From the NCBI GenBank assembly GCA_964035575.1, contig OZ037839.1, positions 1,178,001 through 1,242,000 of the forward strand: 64,000 nucleotides of DNA, given 5' to 3'. This stretch comes from Rhynchopus sp. YZ270_cl-10. Taxonomy: Eukaryota. The notes beneath the pieces are model-generated. The model made no database searches, was not told the origin of the DNA, and saw nothing but the letters and a program-made list of their open reading frames with translations. Made by a program: the position numbers and the translations under genes. Of the stretch, positions 21,006 through 31,200 are shown one piece after another. Each line of letters opens with the position of its first letter. Positions within the stretch are counted from its first letter, which is position 1.

Positions 21006-21327
21006 AAATATTTCAAAATTAATGTGATTTCTGAGTGTGCACTCAGAAAAACACATCTAAAAATAAAACGACTTTTCTTGTCGGTAAAAAAAAGGAAAAA
21101 AAATAGCTATTTCTCCTGGGGGAAAATTTTGTATTCTGGATCCCACAACTTTTTCTCCCTCAAAAAAAGAAAAAAAGAAAAAAAAATACCCCCTCTCCCT
21201 TGCGGTTAGATACCTCCCATTGGCCCAATTGGGACCACTAATAAAAAGAAAATAAGAATTGCAGGTGGCCTTCTTAAATTGATGTACCTCCTATGAAAAA
21301 GTCATCTTAAAAAACCCCTCCTCCTTT

Positions 21328-21672
21328 CTACGGCGCCGTCGCCACTGAGTCTGTTGATTGAGGCACGCCCCCACGAGGCTGTTCGGCAGATGACTTGCTG
21401 CGGACGGTGCCGTATTTGCGAGCGTCGTACTTCATTGTCATGCCACAGCCTTTGCACACGCGGACTCCACAGCAGGACCTGCGTGGCGCACATTTGTTGC
21501 ACACCACGTTCCCACACCGTCTACAGTGGTGCTTCCTCCGGAAGATCATGAGGAAGCCACTGTCGCACACCTTGCAGCGTGAATGCTCGCTGTCACGTTC
21601 CCAGTACTGCTCCAATATGACCGGCCCACAGCAGGCCTCCTGCTCCTGCGTTGTCGTCTGCTTTTGCCCCAT
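21328..21672 (-). CDS. Small FYVE zinc-finger protein (114 aa)
   Basis: WERD, CKVC, RRKHHCRRCG, VCNKC and RVCKGC motifs. ATG at 21672 (MGQKQT) lies behind a pyrimidine-rich tract. Confidence 0.88.
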   Translation of the reverse strand: MGQKQTTTQEQEACCGPVILEQYWERDSEHSRCKVCDSGFLMIFRRKHHCRRCGNVVCNKCAPRRSCCGVRVCKGCGMTMKYDARKYGTVRSKSSAEQPRGGVPQSTDSVATAP

Positions 21673-21986
21673 ATCCCCACGGACCTTTCCCGCTGACCCC
21701 ACTTTTTCTGCTTCTTAGTTTGCGAAGGGAGGGAAAGGGAAAAGGGGAAAGAACTGTATTGAGTGAAAGGAGGAGAGGGGCTGAAAGAGGGACAAAAAAA
21801 AAACGGTGTGTCTGTTGATGTAATGGTGGGAATAGGGGGAGGGGGTGTGTGTTGATAAAAAGATTAAAATAGGGGGGGCTACGAGTTATAGTATGCGAAT
21901 GCACGTTAAAGAATTTTTTTTTCAGAAATTTAAGAGACTGTTTCTAAGGAGAATTTCATTTCCGAGACTATTTTTTTTTTTTTCTG

Positions 21987-22023
<37 letters not shown>

Positions 22024-22606
22024 GGTTTTCTTCCTTGCTTTCGTATTTTTTGTTTTCTTTATCTATGTGGATCCCCCCCAGTGAACCGTTAGGGACCCCG
22101 CTCTGCCGTGGCAGTCGTGGTTAGCGTTGTCATGTTTGTCTGTAGCACACAAGTAAGAAGAGAGACTCTAGGTCTCATTGGCGTCTGTTTCTCAAAAGCT
22201 TGGTTGTTGTTCTACTCTTGTGGGTTGCCGTTAAACGGAAGCGCCTCCCCATTTACCACGAAAATCGGGGGGAACATACAGGCTGCACAGATCTCCCCCC
22301 ACTATGTGGCAGTCGAGCCTTGTTACGTGGCTCCCTGGCCTGACTGCGATGGGGGGAAAAAAAAATTGCAGAAAAAATTTTTTTCTAAAGTTGTAACTTA
22401 GTTGTTATCAGCGCAGACACCCCCACGAGGGAACGAACCCCACTATTATTCTCGGAACATTCTTGAAAAAGGTCAAGAACGGGAGACAAAAGACAAAGTG
22501 AAGTTATTGATGCAGACACCTCCGACTGACCCACGATGCCAGCTGGATGAAAGAAAAACAAAACAAAATGGTAGAGAGAGATGGAGACAAAAACTGACTA
22601 CACACT

Positions 22607-24337
22607 TTACACAAGCTCTGCAATGGTGGGCGGAGGTCTTCCTTCATTTGGCTGCATCGTGGCATTGGGAGCATTGTGGGTGGCATCTGTGCGAACATCG
22701 TTGGGATTGCTTTTTGTGGCAATGCGTCTGCGCTTGACGGCAACGGCAATGTCGAGCAGTGTTGGGTCACTGCGCCGTACAGATACCTTCGGTGGCGGAG
22801 CTTGAACCTCGCCTGCATACTCGACACGGCCTGCATCGCAACCCTTGCGCAGCAGGGGTGGGACACTAGACGGACACGACCCTGGCAGAGCCTCGGCCAA
22901 CGCAGCTGTCTCCTTGTAGCGTCCCCACGCAACGGTGCACTCTGTGGACACGTGTACAGAGATCGTGCAGCGCAACTCTGTCAACGCTTTGCTGCAGAAC
23001 ATCCACCACGCAACAGCACTGAACGGCAGAACCAAGAACTCAGCCTGCACAACAAGCCCCACGTCCCGTCGTACCCCAAAGCGTGCAAGAACATTGTCCG
23101 CAGCACCCTTGAAGCTGACACTGTAAACATCGCCCCGCTTGCTGCATTCAAACACATTTTGCGCGGAGTTGCGCAGCAGCGACACAGGAAGGTAGCAGCA
23201 GTACACACCGTTCTTCCCAGACGCTGCTGCAGTGGGCTTCGTGGCAACAACAAAGTCGACGTCACCAAAGTTCTTCTCCGTGCCGCACTGTTTCATGTGG
23301 TGCAGCAGCGGTGGGATGCTGTCCCGCTCGGGAGAAGATGGCATTTTAAACTCCGAGACGTGACTGAACTTGTTGCGCTTCCAGAAAGGTACCGATCTTG
23401 GCACACACGCCGCAAAGCAGAAGGCGATGTGTCGCCCCCTTGCAAGCACTGTTGCTGTGCGCAGAAGACTTTGTGCGATGCCTCTGCTACGATACTCCTC
23501 GCTTACCAACACATACGGCACCTCCAGCGCACGCACCCCGCAGTGGAAGACGGCAACAAGGAAGCCAACGAGCTTGACGTCGAGCTTCGTGCAGGACACG
23601 GCAACGAGGCAGAGTGTGTTGTGCTGCTTCGACAGCTGCTCGACAATGTCCACATCCTTGGCCCACTCGCGGCTCATGAACCGTACAATCTGTGCGCGCC
23701 AATGATCGTCCAGCGAACACCCCTCCTCAGCTACCGCGGACATCAAATGCAGCAAACGCACGTCCTCCTGCACACCACGCAGCAACACTACCTCCCGTGA
23801 GCTCGCGGCACCCCCTCCTGCCTTCACAACAGCAATCTCCCCGCCGAAGTACCTTTGCTGGTAAAGCGCAGTGATCCAACTGGGGGCAGTCACCACGAGG
23901 TCATCGTCGTGAATGATTGTGAAGCTTTCGTTGGAGTGAGCGGCGTGAAACGGTAGTGTCTTCTTCATTGGCGCAAGAACGAAGAGGCGTGTCCCAGGGA
24001 ATGTGCGGGAGACAGCTACCAGCAGGTTGCGCATCGTGTCTGGGTGCTGCAGTGCTGACGGCGTCTCGAAGGGGGCTGCGTACACCTCGCACCAGGCTTC
24101 GCATGTGTGGTGCACCACTGCGGCTGCTGCTACCCACTTTGCAAGCTTCTCTCCTGCCTCGCTTGCCCTTCTGAACCCGAACGCCTCAAACTTGCACCCC
24201 CCAGACATCCCCCGCACCTTAGAGGGAAATCGTGTGTCCTTCTGCACCAAACGAAGCAACGACTCATATGTAGAATCAGCACTGCCCTGCCTGCAGCGTC
24301 GTGCATCAAACACTGTCAGCACCTCTGCCTGCACCAT
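22607..24337 (-). CDS. Hypothetical protein with a central GNAT acetyltransferase domain
   Basis: 576-codon ORF with VGFL..LEVPYVLVSEEYRSRGIAQSLL (motif A, RxxGxA) and SVPFWKRNKF (motif B). Confidence 0.75.
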   Translation of the reverse strand: MVQAEVLTVFDARRCRQGSADSTYESLLRLVQKDTRFPSKVRGMSGGCKFEAFGFRRASEAGEKLAKWVAAAAVVHHTCEAWCEVYAAPFETPSALQHPDTMRNLLVAVSRTFPGTRLFVLAPMKKTLPFHAAHSNESFTIIHDDDLVVTAPSWITALYQQRYFGGEIAVVKAGGGAASSREVVLLRGVQEDVRLLHLMSAVAEEGCSLDDHWRAQIVRFMSREWAKDVDIVEQLSKQHNTLCLVAVSCTKLDVKLVGFLVAVFHCGVRALEVPYVLVSEEYRSRGIAQSLLRTATVLARGRHIAFCFAACVPRSVPFWKRNKFSHVSEFKMPSSPERDSIPPLLHHMKQCGTEKNFGDVDFVVATKPTAAASGKNGVYCCYLPVSLLRNSAQNVFECSKRGDVYSVSFKGAADNVLARFGVRRDVGLVVQAEFLVLPFSAVAWWMFCSKALTELRCTISVHVSTECTVAWGRYKETAALAEALPGSCPSSVPPLLRKGCDAGRVEYAGEVQAPPPKVSVRRSDPTLLDIAVAVKRRRIATKSNPNDVRTDATHNAPNATMQPNEGRPPPTIAELV

Positions 24338-24639
24338 CAATGTAAATAAATAAACCTGTGAAGAAAAAATGGCAGGGTTCTATCCAAGGGGTATAGGGGG
24401 TACATTGTACCCCCTGAGGATTTTTACAGATAATTTTTTGAAAAATGTGGGGTACGTTTTGTCTAGAAGGGGTACATAGGGAGGGGGGTCCCATATTACA
24501 CATGACCCCGCCGAGGAGAGCAATTGACTCGCTCGCTCAAAAGAAGACAAAAAAACTAAACATAACTTCTACCAAATTCTACCAAATGATCTGTCCTTGC
24601 TACTCTACTACTAGGTCTTTTTTCGTTGACCACAGCCTC

Positions 24640-24970
24640 CTTCAAGGTATTGCCTACAACAAAGCAGTTGGCCACCCAAGGTATCCCTTTATCTTCTAGC
24701 AGCAACACCATAGCCGAGCGGTGAGGCGATGCACGGCGCCCAACTCCACGCCATTCACAGCACGTTGAGCTTTGCCCTCACAAATAGTCCGCCTGCACCT
24801 GCCAGGTTCACTCCAAAGAAATCGTCCACACCATCTGCCAGCGGTAACTAATAAAAGCAGTTCCTACCGTCAGCACGCACCACATACGCATTGTCAAGAA
24901 AGCTCCTCATTACCTTATGTATCGAAGGTTGAAACATAGGAGGTTCATGCAGCAAGCGGTTGAGCTTCCG
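24640..24970 (-). pseudogene. Degenerate RT fragment of a third YR-type retroelement
   Basis: Manual translation RKLNRLLHEPPMF...VVRADGRNCFY*LPLADGVDDFFGV...L*MAWSWAPCIA/frameshift/..GIPWVANCFVVG aligns to element B RPLNTAMHSPPKF...VVADFKGFFWQFPLSAEVGQFFGV...MGWSWAAVIA...AWIDDNLILG. Confidence 0.75.
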
Positions 24971-25150
24971 CCTGTGACACAAACACACAGACCAGCCTCT
25001 CCGTAAGGTCATCCAGGCTCAACAAATCACGGGAGATGTCGGCAAAGTCCAACTCAGCGCGATCGGCGGGAGCAGATACTAAAGCGGAGACCCATAAATA
25101 CTGTTTCCCCCCGCTACAGATACATAATATGCAGTCCACTATCCAGAAAT

Positions 25151-25585
25151 CGGCGCGTTTTTCTCAAAAGAACGCGTTTCGGTGAAAGCGGCGCGTTTTC
25201 CTCAAAAGAACGCGTTTCGATGAAAGCGGCGCGTTTTCCTCAAAAGAACGCGTTTCGGTGAAAGCGGCGCGTTTTCCTAAAAAGAACGCGTTTCGATGAA
25301 AGCGGCGCGTTTTTCTCAAAAGAACGCGTTTCGGTGAAAGCGTCGCGTTTTTCTCAAAAGAACGCGTTTCGATGAAAGCGGCGCGTTTTCCTCAAAAGAA
25401 CGCGTTTCTGTGAAAGCGTCGCGTTTTTCTCAAAAGAACGCGTTTCGATGAAAGCGGCGCGTTTTTCTCAAAAGAACGCGTTTCGGTGAAAGCGTCGCGT
25501 TTTTCTCAAAAGAACGCGTTTCGATGAAAGCGGCGCGTTTTCCTCAAAAGAACGCGTTTCGGTGAAAGCGTCGCGTTTTTCTCAA
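25151..25585. repeat. 38-bp satellite, ~11 units separated from the main array by the nested insertions
   Basis: Unit AAAGCG(G/T)CGCGTTTT(C/T)CTCAAAAGAACGCGTTTCG(A/G)TG. Confidence 0.97.
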
Positions 25586-26122
25586 TGAGTATTTACAACC
25601 CTCCCGCCAGGTACCCGAAGGCTCCCGGCGGGAGGGTCATATTTTCGAAACCCTCCCGCCGGGTTTTTTGCTCGAGGGAGCCCTGTTGGACCACGAGGGG
25701 ACCCGTGTGGGCCCGAGGGAGGCCGTGTGGGGGAACGAGGGCGAAGCCCGAGCCCCACACGGCCTCCCGAGGGCCCACACGGGTCCCCGAGGGTCCAACA
25801 GGGCTCCCGAGAGCAAAAAACCCGGCGGGAGCGGTTTCGAAAAGGACCCTCACAACGGAGAGCCTAAGGGGTGGCTAGGGGGGTTGTAGGACGCTTTGTT
25901 TCACGCGGGAGGGTAAAGTGTCACTTGTCGTTCCCTCACCCCCCTTCTTGTAGTTGTTTGATGCGTTGACGCTTCCACACACACTAAAAATTACCTGTTG
26001 GTTGGTGGTGTTGCGGAGCACGGTTGGGTGAGTGAACGACGTGACACTTTCCGCTCACAAAGTAGTGTGCGTAACAAAAAAACCCTCACCGACGCTACGT
26101 AGAGTGAGAAAAACCCAAAAAA

Positions 26123-26337
26123 CCTGGCGGGAGGGTCCAAAAAGCTGGCGGGAGGGTCCCCAGACCTGGCGGGAGGGTCCACAGACCTGGCGGGAGGGTC
26201 CCCAGACCTGGCGGGAGGGTCCCCAGACCTGGCGGGAGGGTCCACAGACCTGGCGGGAGGGTCCCCAGACCTGGCGGGAGGGTCCCCAGACCTGGCGGGA
26301 GGGTCCACAGACCTGGCGGGAGGGTCCCCAGACCTGG
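26123..26337. repeat. 21-bp minisatellite CCTGGCGGGAGGGTCC(C/A)CAGA within outer X (continues at 27981-28116)
   Basis: Direct reading; interrupted by the mini-element. Confidence 0.93.
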
Positions 26338-27980
26338 GGAGATCTGAGATAGATAGAGATTACCTAAAAAGACCCGCGAGGGGCGAACAGCAATGAAAAA
26401 TGATAAAATGGAGAGGAGGGAAGGGGGATTGAGTATTTACTACCCTCCCTGCGGATTCCCGAAGGCTCCCGGAGGGAGGGTACTTTTTGGATACCATCCC
26501 GGTGGAAATTTTTGCCCGAGGGAGCCCGTTGGGACCCGAGGGGACCCTTGTGGGCCCCGAGGGGCCCACAAGGGTCCCCGAGGGTCCCAACGGGCTCCCG
26601 AGGGCAAAAATTCACCGGGATGGTATCCAAAAAGTACCCTCCCAACGGAGAGACTGAGGGAATGCGGGAGGGGAGTAGTTCTCTTTGTTTCACGCGGGAG
26701 GGGTCAAAATACACTCACGACTGGCGATATGCGGGTGAATCTTGGCCCCAATGGCCGAATTACGGTTATATGGGGCTGTTGTGCCATCACCCACCGGACC
26801 CTACCCACAGAATTTGAACGCATTTTGGTTGAAATTTTGACTTGAAAATTTTCTTCACAATTTGCCCAATCTGAGGTTTTCATTGGACTTTTTGGCACAT
26901 TTTATGACCTACCAGGCCCGATTTTGGGCGAAAAAAAAATTTTTTTTTTGGTCAGAAATCGCCTTGTATAACCACTGTATTAGTGTAGGCTTGTACACAG
27001 AAGTGCATTTTTGTACACAAAATGACCGGGAAATAAATTCTAGATGGTCAAATCATCAAAATTCCAGCTCTATTTGCATTTTTGGGCCCAGCTGAGCCTA
27101 TGGGGGGGGTTTTTTTTCCAGGTGAGAAGTGTGTTTGTGAAAAAAAATCAAAAAAAAGCCAAAAAAAGCCGGAGGGATGGTCAAAAAGCCGGAGGGATGG
27201 TCAAAAAAAGCCTCAAAATGACCGGGAAATAAATTCTAGATGGTCAAAACATCAAAATTCCAGCTCTATTTCCATTTTTGGGCCCATCTGAGCCTATGGG
27301 GGGGTATTTTTTTCAGCTGAAAAAGGTGTTTGCGAAAAAAAACCCAAAAAAAGCCAAAAAAGCCGGAGGGATGCCTAAAAAAGCCGGCGGGATGCCTAAA
27401 AAAAGCCGGAGGGATGGTTAAAAAAGCCGGAGGGATGCCTAAAAAAGCCGGAGGGATGGTCAAAAAAGCCGGCGGGATGCCTAAAAAAGCCGGAGGGATG
27501 CCTAAAAAGCCGGAGGGATGCCTAAAAAAGCCGGAGGGATGCCTAAAAAAGCCGGAGGGATGGTCAAAATCCCGGCGGGATGGTATACCATCCCGCCGGC
27601 TTTTTGACCCTCCCTCCGGGAGGGTTGGGACCCTCCCTAGGGTATGTAAAGTCGCCGGAGGGAGTGTATTTTGACCCCTCCCTAGGGAAACAAACTTATT
27701 ATCTCGAAAAGAGGCGCTACGATGAGGGGGGCGAATGTGGAGGCCGAAACAACCCAAAACAAATTCCAACAAAAAATCTGATGAAGATGGTGGTGGTATA
27801 GTGAGGGTAGAGGCTGAAAACACAAAAACGGACCCCGGCCAACCAGGTCAAAGCCTGAGGAAAACTAAAAAATATTCTGCCTAAAAGACAGCATGCGTGC
27901 CACGTCAAAACAAAGATTAGGTAAACTCTATCATAGATCTCCCAACTCGCAGCGAAGCTGCTCCGCTAAAGCGGGTTGAA
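26338..27980 (-). mobile_element. Second copy of the 379-bp element-B derivative, itself interrupted by inner X
   Basis: 26338-26429 plus 27694-27980 match 11929-12307 with a few substitutions. Target CCTGG^CGGGAGGG is restored on removal. Confidence 0.92.
26430..27693. mobile_element. Element X, inner copy (1264 bp, divergent subfamily)
   Basis: Same termini as outer X. Contains a long palindrome (26474-26643), a ~197-bp duplication (27021/27218) and ~21-bp AAAAGCCGGAGGGATGCCT repeats (27360-27570). No TSD. Confidence 0.82.
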
Positions 27981-28222
27981 CGGGAGGGTCCCCAGACCTG
28001 GCGGGAGGGTCCCCAGACCTGGCGGGAGGGTCCCCAGACCTGGCGGGAGGGTCCCCAGACCTGGCGGGAGGGTTCCCAGACCTGGCGGGAGGGTCCAAAA
28101 GCTGGCGGGAGGGTCCGGACCCTCCCGCCAGGATTACCCTCCCGCCGGGTGGGTTTGACCCTCCCGGCGGGCGTGTAAAGTAGCTGGCGGGAGGGTCTTT
28201 TTGACCCTCCCTAGGGAAACAC

Positions 28223-31200
28223 AAGAACGCGTTTCGATGAAAGCGGCGCGTTTTTCTCAAAAGAACGCGTTTCGGTGAAAGCGGCGCGTTTTCCTCAAAA
28301 GAACGCGTTTCGATGAAAGCGGCGCGTTTTCCTCAAAAGAACGCGTTTCGATGAAAGCGGCGCGTTTTTCTCAAAAGAACGCGTTTCGGTGAAAGCGGCG
28401 CGTTTCCTCAAAAGAACGCGTTTCGATGAAAGCGGCGCGTTTTTCTCAAAAGAACGCGTTTCGGTGAAAGCGGCGCGTTTTCCTCAAAAGAACGCGTTTC
28501 GATGAAAGCGGCGCGTTTTCCTCAAAAGAACGCGTTTCGATGAAAGCGGCGCGTTTTCCTCAAAAGAACGCGTTTCGGTGAAAGCGCGTTTTTCTCAAAA
28601 GAACGTGTTTCGATGAAAGCGGCGCGTTTTCCTCAAAAGAACGTGTTTCGATGAAAGCGGCGCGCTTTTCTCAAAAGAACGCGTTTCGATGAAAGCGGCG
28701 CGTTTTCCTCAAAAGAACGCGTTTCGATGAAAGCGGCGCGTTTTCCTCAAAAGAACGCGTTTCGGTGAAAGCGGCGCGTTTTTCACAAAAGAACGCGTTT
28801 CGATGAAAGCGGCGCGCTTTTCTCAAAAGAACGCGTTTCGATGAAAGCGGCGCGTTTTCCTCAAAAGAACGCGTTTCGATGAAAGCGGCGCGTTTTCCTC
28901 AAAAGAACGCGTTTCGGTGAAAGCGGCGCGTTTTTCTCAAAAGAACGCGTTTCGATGAAAGCGGCGCGTTTCCTCAAAAGAACGCGTTTCGATGAAAGCG
29001 GCGCGTTTTCCTCAAAAGAACGCGTTTCGGTGAAAGCGTCGCGTTTTCCTCAAAAGAACGCGTTTCGATGAAAGCGTCGCGTTTTCCTCAAAAGAACGCG
29101 TTTCGATGAAAGCGGCGCGTTTTTCTCAAAAGAACGCGTTTCGGTGAAAGCGGCGCGTTTTCCTCAAAAGAACGCGTTTCGATGAAAGCGTCGCGTTTTC
29201 CTCAAAAGAACGCGTTTCGATGAAAGCGGCGCGTTTTTCTCAAAAGAACGCGTTTCGGTGAAAGCGTCGCGTTTTCCTCAAAAGAACGCGTTTCGATGAA
29301 AGCGTCGCGTTTTCCTCAAAAGAACGCGTTTCGATGAAAGCGGCGCGTTTTTCTCAAAAGAACGCGTTTCGGTGAAAGCGGCGCGTTTTTCTCAAAAGAA
29401 CGCGTTTCGGTGAAAGCGTCGCGTTTTCCTCAAAAGAACGCGTTTCGATGAAAGCGGCGCGTTTTTCTCAAAAGAACGCGTTTCGGTGAAAGCGGAGGGT
29501 TTTCCTCAAAAGAACGCGTTTCGCTGAAAGCGGCGCGTTTCCTCAAAAGAACGCGTTTCGATGAAAGCGGCGCGTTTTTCTCAAAAGAACGCGTTTCGGT
29601 GAAAGCGGCGCGTTTTTCTCAAAAGAACGCGTTTCGATGAAAGCGGCGCGTTTTTCTCAAAAGAACGCGTTTCGATGAAAGCGGCGCGTTTTCCTCAAAA
29701 GAACGCGTTTCGATGAAAGCGGCGCGTTTTGCTCAAAAGAACGCGTTTCGGTGAAAGCGGCGCGTTTTTCTCAAAAGAACGCGTTTCGGTGAAAGCGTCG
29801 CGTTTTTCTCAAAAGAACGCGTTTCGATGAAAGCGGCGCGTTTTTCTCAAAAGAACGCGTTTCGATGAAAGCGGCGCGTTTTCCTCAAAAGAACGCGTTT
29901 CGATGAAAGCGGCGCGTTTTCCTCAAAAGAACGCGTTTCGGTGAAAGCGGCGCGTTTTTCTCAAAAGAACGCGTTTCGATGAAAGCGGCGCGTTTCCTCA
30001 AAAGAACGCGTTTCGATGAAAGCGGCGCGTTTCCTCAAAAGAACGCGTTTCGGTGAAAGCGTCGCGTTTTCCTCAAAAGAACGCGTTTCGATGAAAGCGG
30101 CGCGTTTTTCTCAAAAGAACGCGTTTCGGTGAAAGCGGCGCGTTTTCCTCAAAAGAACGCGTTTCGGTGAAAGCGTCGCGTTTTCCTCAAAAGAACGCGT
30201 TTCGATGAAAGCGTCGCGTTTTCCTCAAAAGAACGCGTTTCGGTGAAAGCGGAGGGTTTTCCTCAAAAGAACGCGTTTCGCTGAAAGCGGCGCGTTTCCT
30301 CAAAAGTACGCGTTTCGATGAAAGCGGCGCGTTTTTCTCAAAAGAACGCGTTTCGGTGAAAGCGGCGCGTTTTTCTCAAAAGAACGCGTTTCGATGAAAG
30401 CGGCGCGTTTTTCTCAAAAGAACGCGTTTCGGTGAAAGCGGCGCGTTTTCCTCAAAAGAACGCGTTTCGATGAAAGCGTCGCGTTTTTCTCAAAAGAACG
30501 CGTTTCGATGAAAGCGGCGCGTTTTCCTCAAAAGAACGCGTTTCGGTGAAAGCGGCGCGTTTTTCTCAAAAGAACGCGTTTCGGTGAAAGCGTCGCGTTT
30601 TCCTCAAAAGAACGCGTTTCGGTGAAAGCGGCGTGTTTTCCTCAAAAGAACGCGTTTCGATGAAAGCGGCGCGTTTTCCTCAAAAGAACGCGTTTCGGTG
30701 AAAGCGGCGCGTTTTTCTCAAAAGAACGCGTTTCGGTGAAAGCGGCGCGTTTTCCTCAAAAGAACGCGTTTCGATGAAAGCGGCGCGTTTTTCTCAAAAG
30801 AACGCGTTTCGATGAAAGCGGCGCGTTTTCCTCAAAAGAACGCGTTTCGATGAAAGCGGCGCGTGTTCCTCAAAAGAACGCGTTTCGGTGAAAGCGGCGC
30901 GTTTTCCTCAAAAGAACGCGTTTCGATGAAAGCGGCGCGTTTTCCTCAAAAGAACGCGTTTCGATGAAAGCGGCGCGTTTTTCTCAAAAGAACGCGTTTC
31001 GGTGAAAGCGGCGCGTTTTCCTCAAAAGAACGCGTTTCGATGAAAGCGTCGCGTTTTTCTCAAAAGAACGCGTTTCGGTGAAAGCGGCGCGTTTTTCTCA
31101 AAAGAACGCGTTTCGGTGAAAGCGGCGCGTTTTCCTCAAAAGAACGCGTTTCGATGAAAGCGGCGCGTTTTTCTCAAAAGAACGCGTTTCGATGAAAGCG

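Larger units (their letters stand above)
25586..28222. mobile_element. Unclassified non-coding TSD-less element 'X', outer copy (~994 bp once nested inserts are removed)
   Basis: Ends TGAGTATTTAC(A/T)ACCCTCCC...CCTCCCTAGGGAAACA(C/A) are shared with the inner copy. Removal restores CTCAA^AAGAACGCG of the satellite exactly. Confidence 0.82.

Noticed and set aside
24670..24702. LLEDKG/YLG as a DDE (Harbinger-like) transposase motif
   Set aside because: Better explained as part of the degenerate RT relic in the same interval.
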